IMG/VR virus record: IMGVR_UViG_3300042549_007930
Coordinates: 1 to 56,837 of that record
Length of the DNA: 56,837 bases
Direction: 5' to 3' (one strand)
Origin: a virus
Taxonomy: Duplodnaviria; Caudoviricetes
Numbering within the stretch: position 1 is the stretch's first letter; every line of letters begins with the position of its first letter. Made by a program: the position numbers and the translations under genes. Positions 19,901-28,389 of the stretch are shown here, in pieces. The notes under the pieces are model-generated. The model saw only the letters and a list, made by a program, of their open reading frames with translations. It made no database searches and had not been told where the DNA came from.

Positions 19901-20125
19901 ATGAAAACAGTTATTAAAGTTTTAGCAATATTAATATTAGGGTTTGGGTTAGTACAATTAACTGACTTAGCACTCTATCTAATGAATAGACCTGATAGTT
20001 ACCTATTCAATATTGGGTTATTAATATTTGGAATATTGTTTGTAGCATTTGGCTATTTAGGATTGTATCTACTGAAGGTGTTAAAACCAGAGGATGAGGA
20101 AGAAAAAGAAGAAAATGAATTATAA
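19901..20125 (+). CDS. Two-TM membrane protein
   Basis: Start moved from 19853 to the ATG at 19901 behind the promoter repeat; two hydrophobic segments and an acidic tail. Confidence 0.7.
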   Translation: MKTVIKVLAILILGFGLVQLTDLALYLMNRPDSYLFNIGLLIFGILFVAFGYLGLYLLKVLKPEDEEEKEENEL

Positions 20126-20146
20126 ATCAAATTTAAACAACAAGTT

Positions 20147-20974
20147 ATGAACAGAATTTTAGTAGCATTAGGTTTAGTCCTAACAATTTTTGCAATCACA
20201 ATGTCATGTGAAAACATTGACTCAGGTAACATTGGTATCAAAGTAAACAAGTTTGGTACGGGAAGAGGGGTAAGTGGAGTGACAGAATGTACAGGTACAG
20301 TCTTTTACAACCCAATCACAACAAACATTTTTGAATTCCCAATTAACATTAGGCATAAGGAATATACAGAAGAAGGATCGTTTGTAGTAAATAGTAAGGA
20401 TGGATCAGAGTTTCATGTGTCACCGATTGTAAACTATAGAATTAATCCTGATAAAGCCACTCAAATCTTTGCCAAATATAGAAAAGACTTAGATGGTATT
20501 GAGAATGGGTTCTTGAAAACAGCTGTAACAGAAGCATTCAGAATTGTCACAAATAGTTATACTGCTGATCAATTAATTTCAAGTAGAGAATCTTTTGATA
20601 ATAAAGTAAAAGCTACATTAAGGAAACAACTTGAACCTGAAGGATTTGTATTAGATCAGTTTACAACTAATTTAGAATATCCAACATCGTTTAAGAACGC
20701 TATTAACGCTAAAAATAATGCAGTACAAAAAGCATTAATGGCTGAAAATAGGGTTAAACAAGCAGAAGCTGAAGCTAAAATTAAAGTAGCAACTGCTGAA
20801 GGAGACGCACAAGCGACACTTACAAGAGCAAAAGCTGAAGCTGAAGCAAATGCTTTGAAACAAAGAACATTAACACCTCTATTAATTCAACAACAATGGA
20901 TTGAGAAATGGAGAGGAAATGTACCAACAACAACATTAGGTTCAGGTACAAATGTGATGTATGGTTTAAAGTAA
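20147..20974 (+). CDS. SPFH/Band 7/prohibitin-family membrane protein
   Basis: N-terminal hydrophobic segment with Cys; AINAKNNA; AEAEA coiled coil; IEKW.G.VP. Confidence 0.88.
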   Translation: MNRILVALGLVLTIFAITMSCENIDSGNIGIKVNKFGTGRGVSGVTECTGTVFYNPITTNIFEFPINIRHKEYTEEGSFVVNSKDGSEFHVSPIVNYRINPDKATQIFAKYRKDLDGIENGFLKTAVTEAFRIVTNSYTADQLISSRESFDNKVKATLRKQLEPEGFVLDQFTTNLEYPTSFKNAINAKNNAVQKALMAENRVKQAEAEAKIKVATAEGDAQATLTRAKAEAEANALKQRTLTPLLIQQQWIEKWRGNVPTTTLGSGTNVMYGLK

Positions 20975-21052
20975 AATTATATAAAATATGTTTAGAGGCT
21001 TGGATTTCCAAGCCTCTTTTCGTATATTAAAATATAATTAAAATGATAAATT

Positions 21053-22168
21053 ATGATGTTACCAATTTTATTTAAACGTTCAAATAGTAAAGAACATATC
21101 AACCAATGGCAAATTGAGGTTGAAGGAAGTAAATTTAGAACCACAACTGGGTTTGTAGGTATGAAGATGTTTACAGGTGATTGGACTGAATGTACTCCTA
21201 AAAATGTAGGTAAAAAGAATTCAACAACAGCTGAAGAACAAGCTTTATTTGAAGCTAATGCCCTTCATACTAAACGTAAAGATTTAGGTTATTGGGAAGA
21301 TATAAATGATTGTGATAAGAAAGTATTCTTTCAACCTATGTTAGCCCAAGACTATGATAAGAGAAAAGACAAAATTAAATTCCCAATCTTATCTCAACCT
21401 AAATTAGATGGTATCAGATGTATTATTAAATCAGATGGTATGTGGACAAGAAATGGTAAAGAGATTATTTCTGCGCCTCACATATATGAATATTTAAAAC
21501 ATATCTTTGATAATCAACCCGACTTAGTATTGGACGGTGAATTATATACTTCAGATAGAGATGTTGATTTTAATACTATTATTTCATGTGTTAGAAAAAC
21601 AAAACCAACACAAGCTGATTTAGAAATGTCAGCTAAATATATTGAGTTTTGGGCTTATGATTTATATGATGGTGAAGATTTAACATATGAAGATAGAAGA
21701 AATCTATTAAAAGAGTTAGAAAGTAGATATAATGTTTATTATCCTTTATACAGAGTAGTTACAACTTATCAATTGCCTGATGAAAAACATATTATGGAAC
21801 AACTTCAACATTACATTGAACAAGGTTTTGAAGGCCAAATATTAAGAGATCCAAACACTCCTTATGAAAATAAAAGATCAAATGGTTTATTAAAACATAA
21901 AACATTTTTTGATGAGGAGTTTGATATCATTGGTTACGCTGAGGGTGTAGGTAAATTTTCAGGTAAATTAGCAACTTTAAAAGTAGATGTTAATGGGGTT
22001 CAAGTTGATTGTACTATAAATGGTACAATGGGTTATTTAGAAGAATTATTTGAAATTAAAGATAATTTAATAGGTAAAAAAGCAACTGTTAAATATTTTG
22101 AAAAAACAACTGATAATTCATTACGTTTTCCAAAAGTGATTCAAATAGATAGAAACAGTTATGAGTAG
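21053..22168 (+). CDS. ATP-dependent DNA ligase
   Basis: PMLA, QPKLDGIRC, LDGELY, EGQILR, YENKRS..LLKHK, SLRFP. Confidence 0.93.
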   Translation: MMLPILFKRSNSKEHINQWQIEVEGSKFRTTTGFVGMKMFTGDWTECTPKNVGKKNSTTAEEQALFEANALHTKRKDLGYWEDINDCDKKVFFQPMLAQDYDKRKDKIKFPILSQPKLDGIRCIIKSDGMWTRNGKEIISAPHIYEYLKHIFDNQPDLVLDGELYTSDRDVDFNTIISCVRKTKPTQADLEMSAKYIEFWAYDLYDGEDLTYEDRRNLLKELESRYNVYYPLYRVVTTYQLPDEKHIMEQLQHYIEQGFEGQILRDPNTPYENKRSNGLLKHKTFFDEEFDIIGYAEGVGKFSGKLATLKVDVNGVQVDCTINGTMGYLEELFEIKDNLIGKKATVKYFEKTTDNSLRFPKVIQIDRNSYE

Positions 22169-22367
22169 AAAACCTTATAAAAGATTTTATTGTGAAGATA
22201 CATCTCCTGTATTAAAATCAATAAGAAACGCTAAGAATCATGGTAAAATTAGGACAATAAATGATTTAACTTACGAGCAAATAGGAGATGATATGCTGTA
22301 TTGCTTTAAAACCTCTTGCGTTGTTAAACTTGGCTCTCTAGAATTGGATTCGTATATTAAGACATAA
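22161..22367 (+). CDS. Hypothetical protein
   Basis: 68 aa ORF overlapping the ligase stop. Confidence 0.5.
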   Translation: MSRKPYKRFYCEDTSPVLKSIRNAKNHGKIRTINDLTYEQIGDDMLYCFKTSCVVKLGSLELDSYIKT

Positions 22368-22383
22368 TTAAAATATAAAGATT

Positions 22384-22578
22384 ATGAGTAAAGAATTAAG
22401 TGAATTAAGTATAGATGAAATTAATAATAAATTAATTGAAAACTATAAAACTCAAGTTGAGATTTTAAAATCAATGGTGGCTGATAGAGATAAATTAATT
22501 TCTCTATATGAAAAACAATTATTAATTCAGGATAAACATATTGATGAAATTAATAAAATTATAAAATCAAATTTATAA
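22384..22578 (+). CDS. Coiled-coil hypothetical protein
   Basis: Follows a promoter/leader repeat. Confidence 0.65.
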   Translation: MSKELSELSIDEINNKLIENYKTQVEILKSMVADRDKLISLYEKQLLIQDKHIDEINKIIKSNL

Positions 22579-22582
22579 TAAG

Positions 22583-22861
22583 GTGGAGAAAACAGGTAAT
22601 CTTGAAAAACTAACTTATGACTTTAATACAGCCGCTAATCTAGAAATTTGGATGCCAAATCTAGATGGGTGGTATAGAGTCACAAGTAGAGAATTCAGAA
22701 GTTTTAATGGTAAGAGAAGAATTAATGGGGAAGAATATAAAGGTGTTGTATTCCATTATGGAACTAATAAAAGAGCTAACAAGTCATTAGTAGAGGCTAA
22801 TAAAATAGCGAGCCATAATTACAAAAGTGTTAGGAGACCCGGAGATCAATTAGTATATTAA
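22583..22861 (+). CDS. Hypothetical phage protein
   Basis: GTG start; WYRVTSREFRSFNGKRRI. Confidence 0.65.
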   Translation: MEKTGNLEKLTYDFNTAANLEIWMPNLDGWYRVTSREFRSFNGKRRINGEEYKGVVFHYGTNKRANKSLVEANKIASHNYKSVRRPGDQLVY

Positions 22862-22884
22862 ATTAAATAAAAAAATAAATATAA

Positions 22885-23088
22885 ATGGAGAAATTAGGAG
22901 TATTTTTTGCCGCTATTGGTATGATAATAGTAATAGCTGTGTTAATGGCTTGGCCTACACAATGGCTTTGGAATAATGCTTTAATAGGGGCTATTGATGG
23001 TTTAAATCCAATTGGGTTTTGGCAGGCGTTAGGTATTAATGTATTATGTGGTATTTTATTTAGAAACTCAACAACAAATTCAAAATAA
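22885..23088 (+). CDS. Small membrane protein
   Basis: Hydrophobic; WLWN and IGFWQALG motifs. Confidence 0.75.
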   Translation: MEKLGVFFAAIGMIIVIAVLMAWPTQWLWNNALIGAIDGLNPIGFWQALGINVLCGILFRNSTTNSK

Positions 23089-23264
23089 TGAGTTATTATC
23101 AAGTTATATTAAAATCAGGAAAGACACACCCGTCTCTTTATAAAACTATTCCTAATGCTATTAAAAATGTAGGGGTAGAGAATATAAAGGAGATTAAAGA
23201 AATTAGATCGGAATTAGTAGATGCTAAATACGAAGAACCAACAGGAACATTAAACATAGAATAA
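23088..23264 (+). CDS. Hypothetical protein (58 aa, not in ORF track)
   Basis: TAATG overlap with previous stop; MSYYQVILKSGK... Confidence 0.6.
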   Translation: MSYYQVILKSGKTHPSLYKTIPNAIKNVGVENIKEIKEIRSELVDAKYEEPTGTLNIE

Positions 23265-23265
23265 T

Positions 23266-23406
23266 ATGAGCAAAAACAGCGCTAAAACAAACTACGAACA
23301 ATTGATTCAGTGGTTACCAACATTAGGACAACCTAAAGTGAAAAAAGAACAACAGTCAACTAAATTTAGTAAAGCTGACCATTACAAGAGTAAAGGGGTT
23401 AAATAA
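23266..23406 (+). CDS. Hypothetical basic protein (46 aa, not in ORF track)
   Basis: MSKNSAKTNYEQLIQWL... Confidence 0.55.
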   Translation: MSKNSAKTNYEQLIQWLPTLGQPKVKKEQQSTKFSKADHYKSKGVK

Positions 23407-23456
23407 GTTTTGCTTTCCAAATATCTTTTCATATATTTAGGTATAAATTAAATGAA

Positions 23457-23630
23457 ATGAAAACTGTACAATTTACCTTACAAGAAAGATGGGCTGCTTC
23501 AAAGCATATGGTTCAAAAATCTAAAAAAACTTACACTAGAAAAGATAAACATAAAAACAAGGACCTTAAAGGTCCTTCTTTTATTGTAATGTTTGGCTCT
23601 CCGGGGTATACTTCGTATATTAAAATATAA
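23457..23630 (+). CDS. ArfA-like small basic protein with internal terminator (57 aa, not in ORF track)
   Basis: Has its own promoter at ~23408; KSKKTYTRKDKHK motif; hairpin and U-tract lie before the stop codon. Confidence 0.6.
   Translation: MKTVQFTLQERWAASKHMVQKSKKTYTRKDKHKNKDLKGPSFIVMFGSPGYTSYIKI
23559..23585 (+). terminator. Intrinsic terminator inside ORF 23457-23630
   Basis: AAGGACCT-TAA-AGGTCCTT followed by CTTTTATT. Confidence 0.65.
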
Positions 23631-23647
23631 TTAAAAAGATAAAGGTT

Positions 23648-23809
23648 ATGAAAGAAGCGCATTTACAATTAGCTAAACAGTTAATAGAATTAAAACATTT
23701 AAGAGAGGATGTTAAAGTAGCTTATATTGATTTTGAAGATGGATCAGGAAAAAGTTTTATATTTAGTACTACAGTTAATCCTAATCATAAAATTCATATT
23801 AGATTATAA
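23648..23809 (+). CDS. Hypothetical early protein (53 aa, not in ORF track)
   Basis: ATG at the end of a repeat; IDFEDGSGKSF. Confidence 0.7.
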   Translation: MKEAHLQLAKQLIELKHLREDVKVAYIDFEDGSGKSFIFSTTVNPNHKIHIRL

Positions 23810-23878
23810 AAGTAAAGTTTGGCTCCCCTAAATTAATTTCGTATATTAAATCATATTAATAATTAAAAATAAAATGTT

Positions 23879-24616
23879 ATGACAAATCAAGAAACACAAT
23901 TAGAATTAGATTTCGGAATGTTAACAGTTGCTCAACAAGAGCGTGTTGATTCATTTATTCAAAACCAAAAAAATATTATTCAAAATAATATTAAAAATAG
24001 TAATGCTATTGAAACATTATTAAATGAAGGTGGTTTTATTAAAGGTGTTGATTATGAAAACACTATTAAAACTAAAGTTGTAACAGAAGAAAAAGAATTT
24101 TATTGTGATGGTAATTTTAAAACTGATATTACTTATGAAACAGTAGAAGGTAGTATTTCAATTTTATATAAAAAATATGATCCTAGAGAAAATAAAATTG
24201 TAACTCAAAGAGGTTATATTTCAAAAAATTCTGATAAACTTGAATGTAGTTGTATTACTTCACAATATAGAGCTTACAAACCGAAATCATTATATGAAAA
24301 ACTTGTAGAAAGTAATAGTAAAGCTCAAAATGAGTTTGATAGTGATAATCGTGAAAGATTAATTGTAAAATATACTGTTAACAAATACAAAAATTTATTT
24401 CCAAAAGCTGAAGTTACAGTAGGTAGAGATTACTATAAAAATTATAGAAGTAATTATATTGAATTTCCAATTGTAATGGTTAAATTTGAAAGTGGTTCAT
24501 ACATTAGCTTCAGAATGGGTTATATAATTGATGAAGAAGTGGTTTATAAAAAACATGATGCAGTTGCTTCTCAATTAAGTGCTATTGAATTATTAAATAT
24601 TTTTAATCAACAATAA
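23879..24616 (+). CDS. Hypothetical early protein
   Basis: 245 aa ORF behind a repeat. Confidence 0.75.
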   Translation: MTNQETQLELDFGMLTVAQQERVDSFIQNQKNIIQNNIKNSNAIETLLNEGGFIKGVDYENTIKTKVVTEEKEFYCDGNFKTDITYETVEGSISILYKKYDPRENKIVTQRGYISKNSDKLECSCITSQYRAYKPKSLYEKLVESNSKAQNEFDSDNRERLIVKYTVNKYKNLFPKAEVTVGRDYYKNYRSNYIEFPIVMVKFESGSYISFRMGYIIDEEVVYKKHDAVASQLSAIELLNIFNQQ

Positions 24617-24677
24617 AGTTTGGCTCCCCTAAATTGATTTCGTATATTAAAGTATAATAATAAAAAATATAAATGTT

Positions 24678-25478
24678 ATGACACAGTTAAAAAAATTATC
24701 AAGAGAGGAGTTAAAATCATTAGCACCTCAAGTATTTAACCATCAAGTTAGTTCTAAGTTAACTGACAAGTATGTTCATATTCCAACTGATACTATAGTT
24801 GAAGATATGGAAAAGTTAGGTTGGTTTCCCTACCAAGTGAAAACAGTTAAGGCTAGAAAATCATCAGGTGCAATGGGTAAACACTTAATTCAGTTTTTTA
24901 ATCCTGAAATTGTTATTAATAATGAAGCAGGTGAAGCTGATTTGTTTCCAAATTTATTATTAATTAATTCACATGACGGTTCTACTTCAGTAAGATTTGA
25001 AATGGGAGTATTCAGATTAGTATGTGAAAATGGTTTAGTAATTAAATCAAAAGATTTTGGAGGTTTCAAAATGAGACACATGGGTTATAATTTTGAAGAT
25101 TTAAGAACCCATATTAGCTCTTTAGTTAAAACATTACCTGATGTAGTTGATAATTTGAATAAATTCTCTCAGGTAATTATGACACCTGAACAACAAAATG
25201 AATTTGCAAATAAGGCAATTGAAGCTAGGTTTAATGAAGAAAAATCATTACCTCAAAGTGAAATTGACTATTTGTTAACACCTGAACGTAAAGAAGATGA
25301 AGGTGACAATTTATGGGTTGTACTAAATCGTGTACAAGAAAAATTAACTCAAGGAGGTTTTGGTTATTTAAACGCTAAGGGTAAATTAAGAAAAACAAGA
25401 GCTGTTAAAAACTTCACCATGGACACTGAAATGAATATGAAGTTGTGGGAAATTGCTGAAGAGTATTTAGTTAACTAA
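24678..25478 (+). CDS. DUF932/DUF945-family protein
   Basis: LLINSHDGS, GVFRLVCENGL, LWVVLNRVQE, N..LW. Confidence 0.85.
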   Translation: MTQLKKLSREELKSLAPQVFNHQVSSKLTDKYVHIPTDTIVEDMEKLGWFPYQVKTVKARKSSGAMGKHLIQFFNPEIVINNEAGEADLFPNLLLINSHDGSTSVRFEMGVFRLVCENGLVIKSKDFGGFKMRHMGYNFEDLRTHISSLVKTLPDVVDNLNKFSQVIMTPEQQNEFANKAIEARFNEEKSLPQSEIDYLLTPERKEDEGDNLWVVLNRVQEKLTQGGFGYLNAKGKLRKTRAVKNFTMDTEMNMKLWEIAEEYLVN

Positions 25479-25539
25479 AATTAAGGGGAGCTTGGCTCCC
25501 CTAATATAAAATCGTATATTAAATTAAATAAATAAAATT

Positions 25540-25728
25540 ATGACATTAACACCAATTCAAAAATTAAGAGAAGATATTAGAAGTTATGACTCTTCTATAT
25601 ACTTGTATGTTTTAGCTTTATTAGTTGAAGCAGAAGGTCAGGAAAAAGCATTCTTGGAAAAAGTTTATAACGAACCTAAAACAACTGAGTTTGAAGACTA
25701 TTATAAACAGTTTGGAAAACCTAAATAG
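25540..25728 (+). CDS. Hypothetical early protein
   Basis: Behind a repeat. Confidence 0.65.
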   Translation: MTLTPIQKLREDIRSYDSSIYLYVLALLVEAEGQEKAFLEKVYNEPKTTEFEDYYKQFGKPK

Positions 25729-25771
25729 GATTCGTATATTAAATCATATTAATAATTAAAAATAGAAAGTT

Positions 25772-25960
25772 ATGACATTACAAGTAATTAATACCAAAAA
25801 GGAAAAGTACAATCAAATTAGAACAACTAAAGAAAATTTATTTTCTGATTTAAAATTTCAAGGTTGGAATTTAAAAGATTGTAAAATAAGTGAATTAAAA
25901 GAAGGTTTAGTTCATACATTGTACAGAAGTGCAGATGGTAAAAACACTAGTACAAGATAA
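25772..25960 (+). CDS. Hypothetical early protein
   Basis: Behind a repeat. Confidence 0.65.
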   Translation: MTLQVINTKKEKYNQIRTTKENLFSDLKFQGWNLKDCKISELKEGLVHTLYRSADGKNTSTR

Positions 25961-25968
25961 AAACAAAA

Positions 25969-26098
25969 AGTCAGGTGGCGGAATTGGTAGACGCAAATGC
26001 CACTCGGAGAGTTATATAAAAGTATAAATCTCCTTGCTAGTGGTAGGGTTTCCTAAAGAGTAAAACATCCCATACAGGTTCAAATCCTGTCTTGACTT
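25969..26098 (+). ncRNA. tRNA-like RNA (Leu-type D arm, canonical T arm, anticodon arm replaced by a long hairpin)
   Basis: Acceptor AGTCAGG/CTTGACT; D arm GCG-GAATTGGTAGA-CGC; T arm ACAGG-TTCAAAT-CCTGT; ~79 nt between the D and T arms. Confidence 0.8.
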
Positions 26099-26106
26099 CT
26101 AATAAA

Positions 26107-26137
26107 TGCCTCATAACCATTTATTATTTTTAATTAT
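26107..26137 (+). ncRNA. Putative antisense element, copy 1 (complementary to cassette leader and AUG)
   Basis: TGCCTCATAACCATTTATTATTTTTAATTAT; reverse complement ATAATTAAAAATAATAAATGGTTATG. Confidence 0.55.
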
Positions 26138-26145
26138 CGAAGAAG

Positions 26146-26171
26146 AGCCTAACAGAAATGTTAGGCTTTTT
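26146..26171 (+). terminator. Intrinsic terminator
   Basis: AGCCTAACA-GAAA-TGTTAGGCT-TTTT. Confidence 0.85.
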
Positions 26172-26215
26172 GGGTTTAACTTCGTATATTAGGGTATAAT
26201 TAAAAATATAAAGTT

Positions 26216-26491
26216 ATGACAAAAGAGAAAGTAGGTTACAGTAGAGAAGCAATGATTAAGTTTCTAAAAATTGAAGGTGTTTATGTAATTGGAACAACTG
26301 AAGAATTTTCAGGTCAAAAAGGTGGAATTTGGGTTGGTGGTGAAGAAATGGATGGGTTATTTGAATACTATAATAATAGTTCTAAATTTACATTTGGAGT
26401 AGAGAAAAAATTAAACGAAGCTGTTAATAAAAGAGGGTGGTGGTTTAGTTGGAATGATCCGGGTACAATGATGGTGTGGCCAATTAATTAA
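26216..26491 (+). CDS. Hypothetical early protein
   Basis: Behind a repeat; GW..SWNDPGT. Confidence 0.75.
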   Translation: MTKEKVGYSREAMIKFLKIEGVYVIGTTEEFSGQKGGIWVGGEEMDGLFEYYNNSSKFTFGVEKKLNEAVNKRGWWFSWNDPGTMMVWPIN

Positions 26492-26549
26492 AATTTGGCT
26501 CCCCTAAATTGAATTCGTATATTAAAGTATAATTAAAAATAAAAATGTT

Positions 26550-26747
26550 ATGATAAATCCAAAAGTACAAGAAGTTATTGACACTTTAAGAGAAATTGAA
26601 GTGGATGGTGAAACAATGCAATACATTCTAGATAAAGTAGGAATGTCAGATCAAATATTAAGACAATTAATATTTTTAGCCCCTAAAGATCAATTAGAAG
26701 ATCTTATGGATGAAGTAGTAGCTTACCAAAAAATAAGAGGTTATTAA
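26550..26747 (+). CDS. Hypothetical early protein
   Basis: Behind a repeat. Confidence 0.7.
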   Translation: MINPKVQEVIDTLREIEVDGETMQYILDKVGMSDQILRQLIFLAPKDQLEDLMDEVVAYQKIRGY

Positions 26748-26809
26748 CCAAGGATTGGCTATTTAAAATATATTTCGTATATTAAAGTATAATTAAAAAG
26801 ATAAAAGTT

Positions 26810-27565
26810 ATGAAAAACATTGAAACATTAAATCAGGAAATTGTAAAGTTAGAAGAACAAAAAACTAATTTCTTAAATTTAGAACAAGATTTAAAAGATG
26901 CAAGATCTAATATCTATGTTAGAGAACAACAAGCATTAAGTGATTCTTTATTAATATTTTTTGAGGGTTTTAATCCTGATGCGTATATTGAAGTATCAAG
27001 AGACTCTATTTACTTTAAAACTGATCACCCTGATTACACTTACCGAAAAGAATTATTTAGTATTTATTTAAGAGAAAGATACGCAATTGAGGGTAAAAAA
27101 TATAGTGGGGCTGATTTATCTTATTACACCACTTCTACTAAAGGAGATGATGTTTGGGAGTTAAAAAGATTAAGAATGTTAGGAGATGTAGCTGACATTT
27201 TAATTAAAAGTCAACATGCAATAGTTGATGTAGCCAATAATACTGTAGACAAATTCAAAGAAGAATTTAATGAAGTTTATGGTAAAATGGGTGTTGTTGG
27301 AAATTCTATTAGAGACTTAAATAACCAAATTAGAGAAATCCAAAAACAAATTAAAAGAATTGAATTATTTGGAGAAGGTATTCAATTTGAAAAATCAAGA
27401 TGTATTACTTTGAAACATAATTATGAACCAAGAGTTGTATCTTTAAAATTAATTGAAGTTTCTAAATCAGGTAAAAAAGCAACTGCTGTATTTGAGTGGG
27501 AGAAAGGAAGAGAATCAAGAGAAGAAGGTGTAAATGTTGAAAAAATCATTTACCAAGTTATATAA
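26810..27565 (+). CDS. Hypothetical coiled-coil early protein
   Basis: 251 aa ORF behind a repeat. Confidence 0.75.
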   Translation: MKNIETLNQEIVKLEEQKTNFLNLEQDLKDARSNIYVREQQALSDSLLIFFEGFNPDAYIEVSRDSIYFKTDHPDYTYRKELFSIYLRERYAIEGKKYSGADLSYYTTSTKGDDVWELKRLRMLGDVADILIKSQHAIVDVANNTVDKFKEEFNEVYGKMGVVGNSIRDLNNQIREIQKQIKRIELFGEGIQFEKSRCITLKHNYEPRVVSLKLIEVSKSGKKATAVFEWEKGRESREEGVNVEKIIYQVI

Positions 27566-27566
27566 G

Positions 27567-27597
27567 TGCCTCATAACCACTTATTATTTTTAATTAT
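27567..27597 (+). ncRNA. Putative antisense element, copy 2
   Basis: 30/31 identical to 26107-26137; followed by hairpin GCCCCTT-ATT-AAGGGGC-TTT (27609-27628). Confidence 0.55.
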
Positions 27598-27681
27598 ACT
27601 TTGTTAAGGCCCCTTATTAAGGGGCTTTGGCTTTCTAAATTATAATTCGTATATTAGGGTATAATTAAAAAATAAAATGTT

Positions 27682-27918
27682 ATGACAAGTTTTAAATTGC
27701 AAGATGAAGCAAATGGGTCTTTTAAAATATTTGATTTAAGACAAGCTATAGGTAGAGAATTTAGTGATAATCACTCTCCAACTTTAAGGAGTAAATTATT
27801 AGAAGTAAGTGATTGTGGGAATGTTTGTACTGTAATTAGTATAGAAGCCTATAATAAACAAGGGGGCAAAGTAAGTAAACAACCTTCTTATTTAACTTGG
27901 AATGCCTTATTTTATTAA
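27682..27918 (+). CDS. Hypothetical early protein
   Basis: Behind a repeat. Confidence 0.7.
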   Translation: MTSFKLQDEANGSFKIFDLRQAIGREFSDNHSPTLRSKLLEVSDCGNVCTVISIEAYNKQGGKVSKQPSYLTWNALFY

Positions 27919-27975
27919 AATTTGGCTTTTATAAGTCAGCTTCGTATATTAGGGTATAATTAAAAATTAAATGTT

Positions 27976-28101
27976 ATGAAAAAAATAGTATTGTTAGGAG
28001 TTATTTATTGGGAAGTAGAAATTGGAGGGGTAACTCATATGTCATTCAACCCTCAAGAATTAGTTGTTAAAATGGCCTCAATGGGTTTAAGTTTAAATTA
28101 A
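27976..28101 (+). CDS. Hypothetical early protein (41 aa, not in ORF track)
   Basis: ATG at the end of a repeat. Confidence 0.6.
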   Translation: MKKIVLLGVIYWEVEIGGVTHMSFNPQELVVKMASMGLSLN

Positions 28102-28113
28102 AAATATAAAGTT

Positions 28114-28332
28114 ATGAGTTTACATTCAGTTTATATATGTGAAGATTTTGAAGTTGGTAATGGTATTTTAACTATTTGGGATGCCAAAGAAGTAGCTAAG
28201 GTAAAAGATATAGATGGTTTTAATAGGATTAGTGAAATTCTAATTTCTGAAAATGGAGTATTACCTAATGGAATTATATGTCCTAATTTATTTCATAATT
28301 CTGAATTTTTTGATATTATACTTTTTGAATAA
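28114..28332 (+). CDS. Hypothetical early protein
   Basis: Preceded by the leader half of the repeat only. Confidence 0.65.
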   Translation: MSLHSVYICEDFEVGNGILTIWDAKEVAKVKDIDGFNRISEILISENGVLPNGIICPNLFHNSEFFDIILFE

Positions 28333-28389
28333 TATTTGGCTTTTATAAGTTGACTTCGTATATTAGGGTATAATTAAAAATATAAAGTT

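Noticed and set aside
25969-26098. Functional tRNA-Leu, intron-containing tRNA or tmRNA
   Set aside because: No 7-nt anticodon loop on a 5-bp stem, the insert is too short for a group I intron, and there is no Ala acceptor identity or tag ORF.
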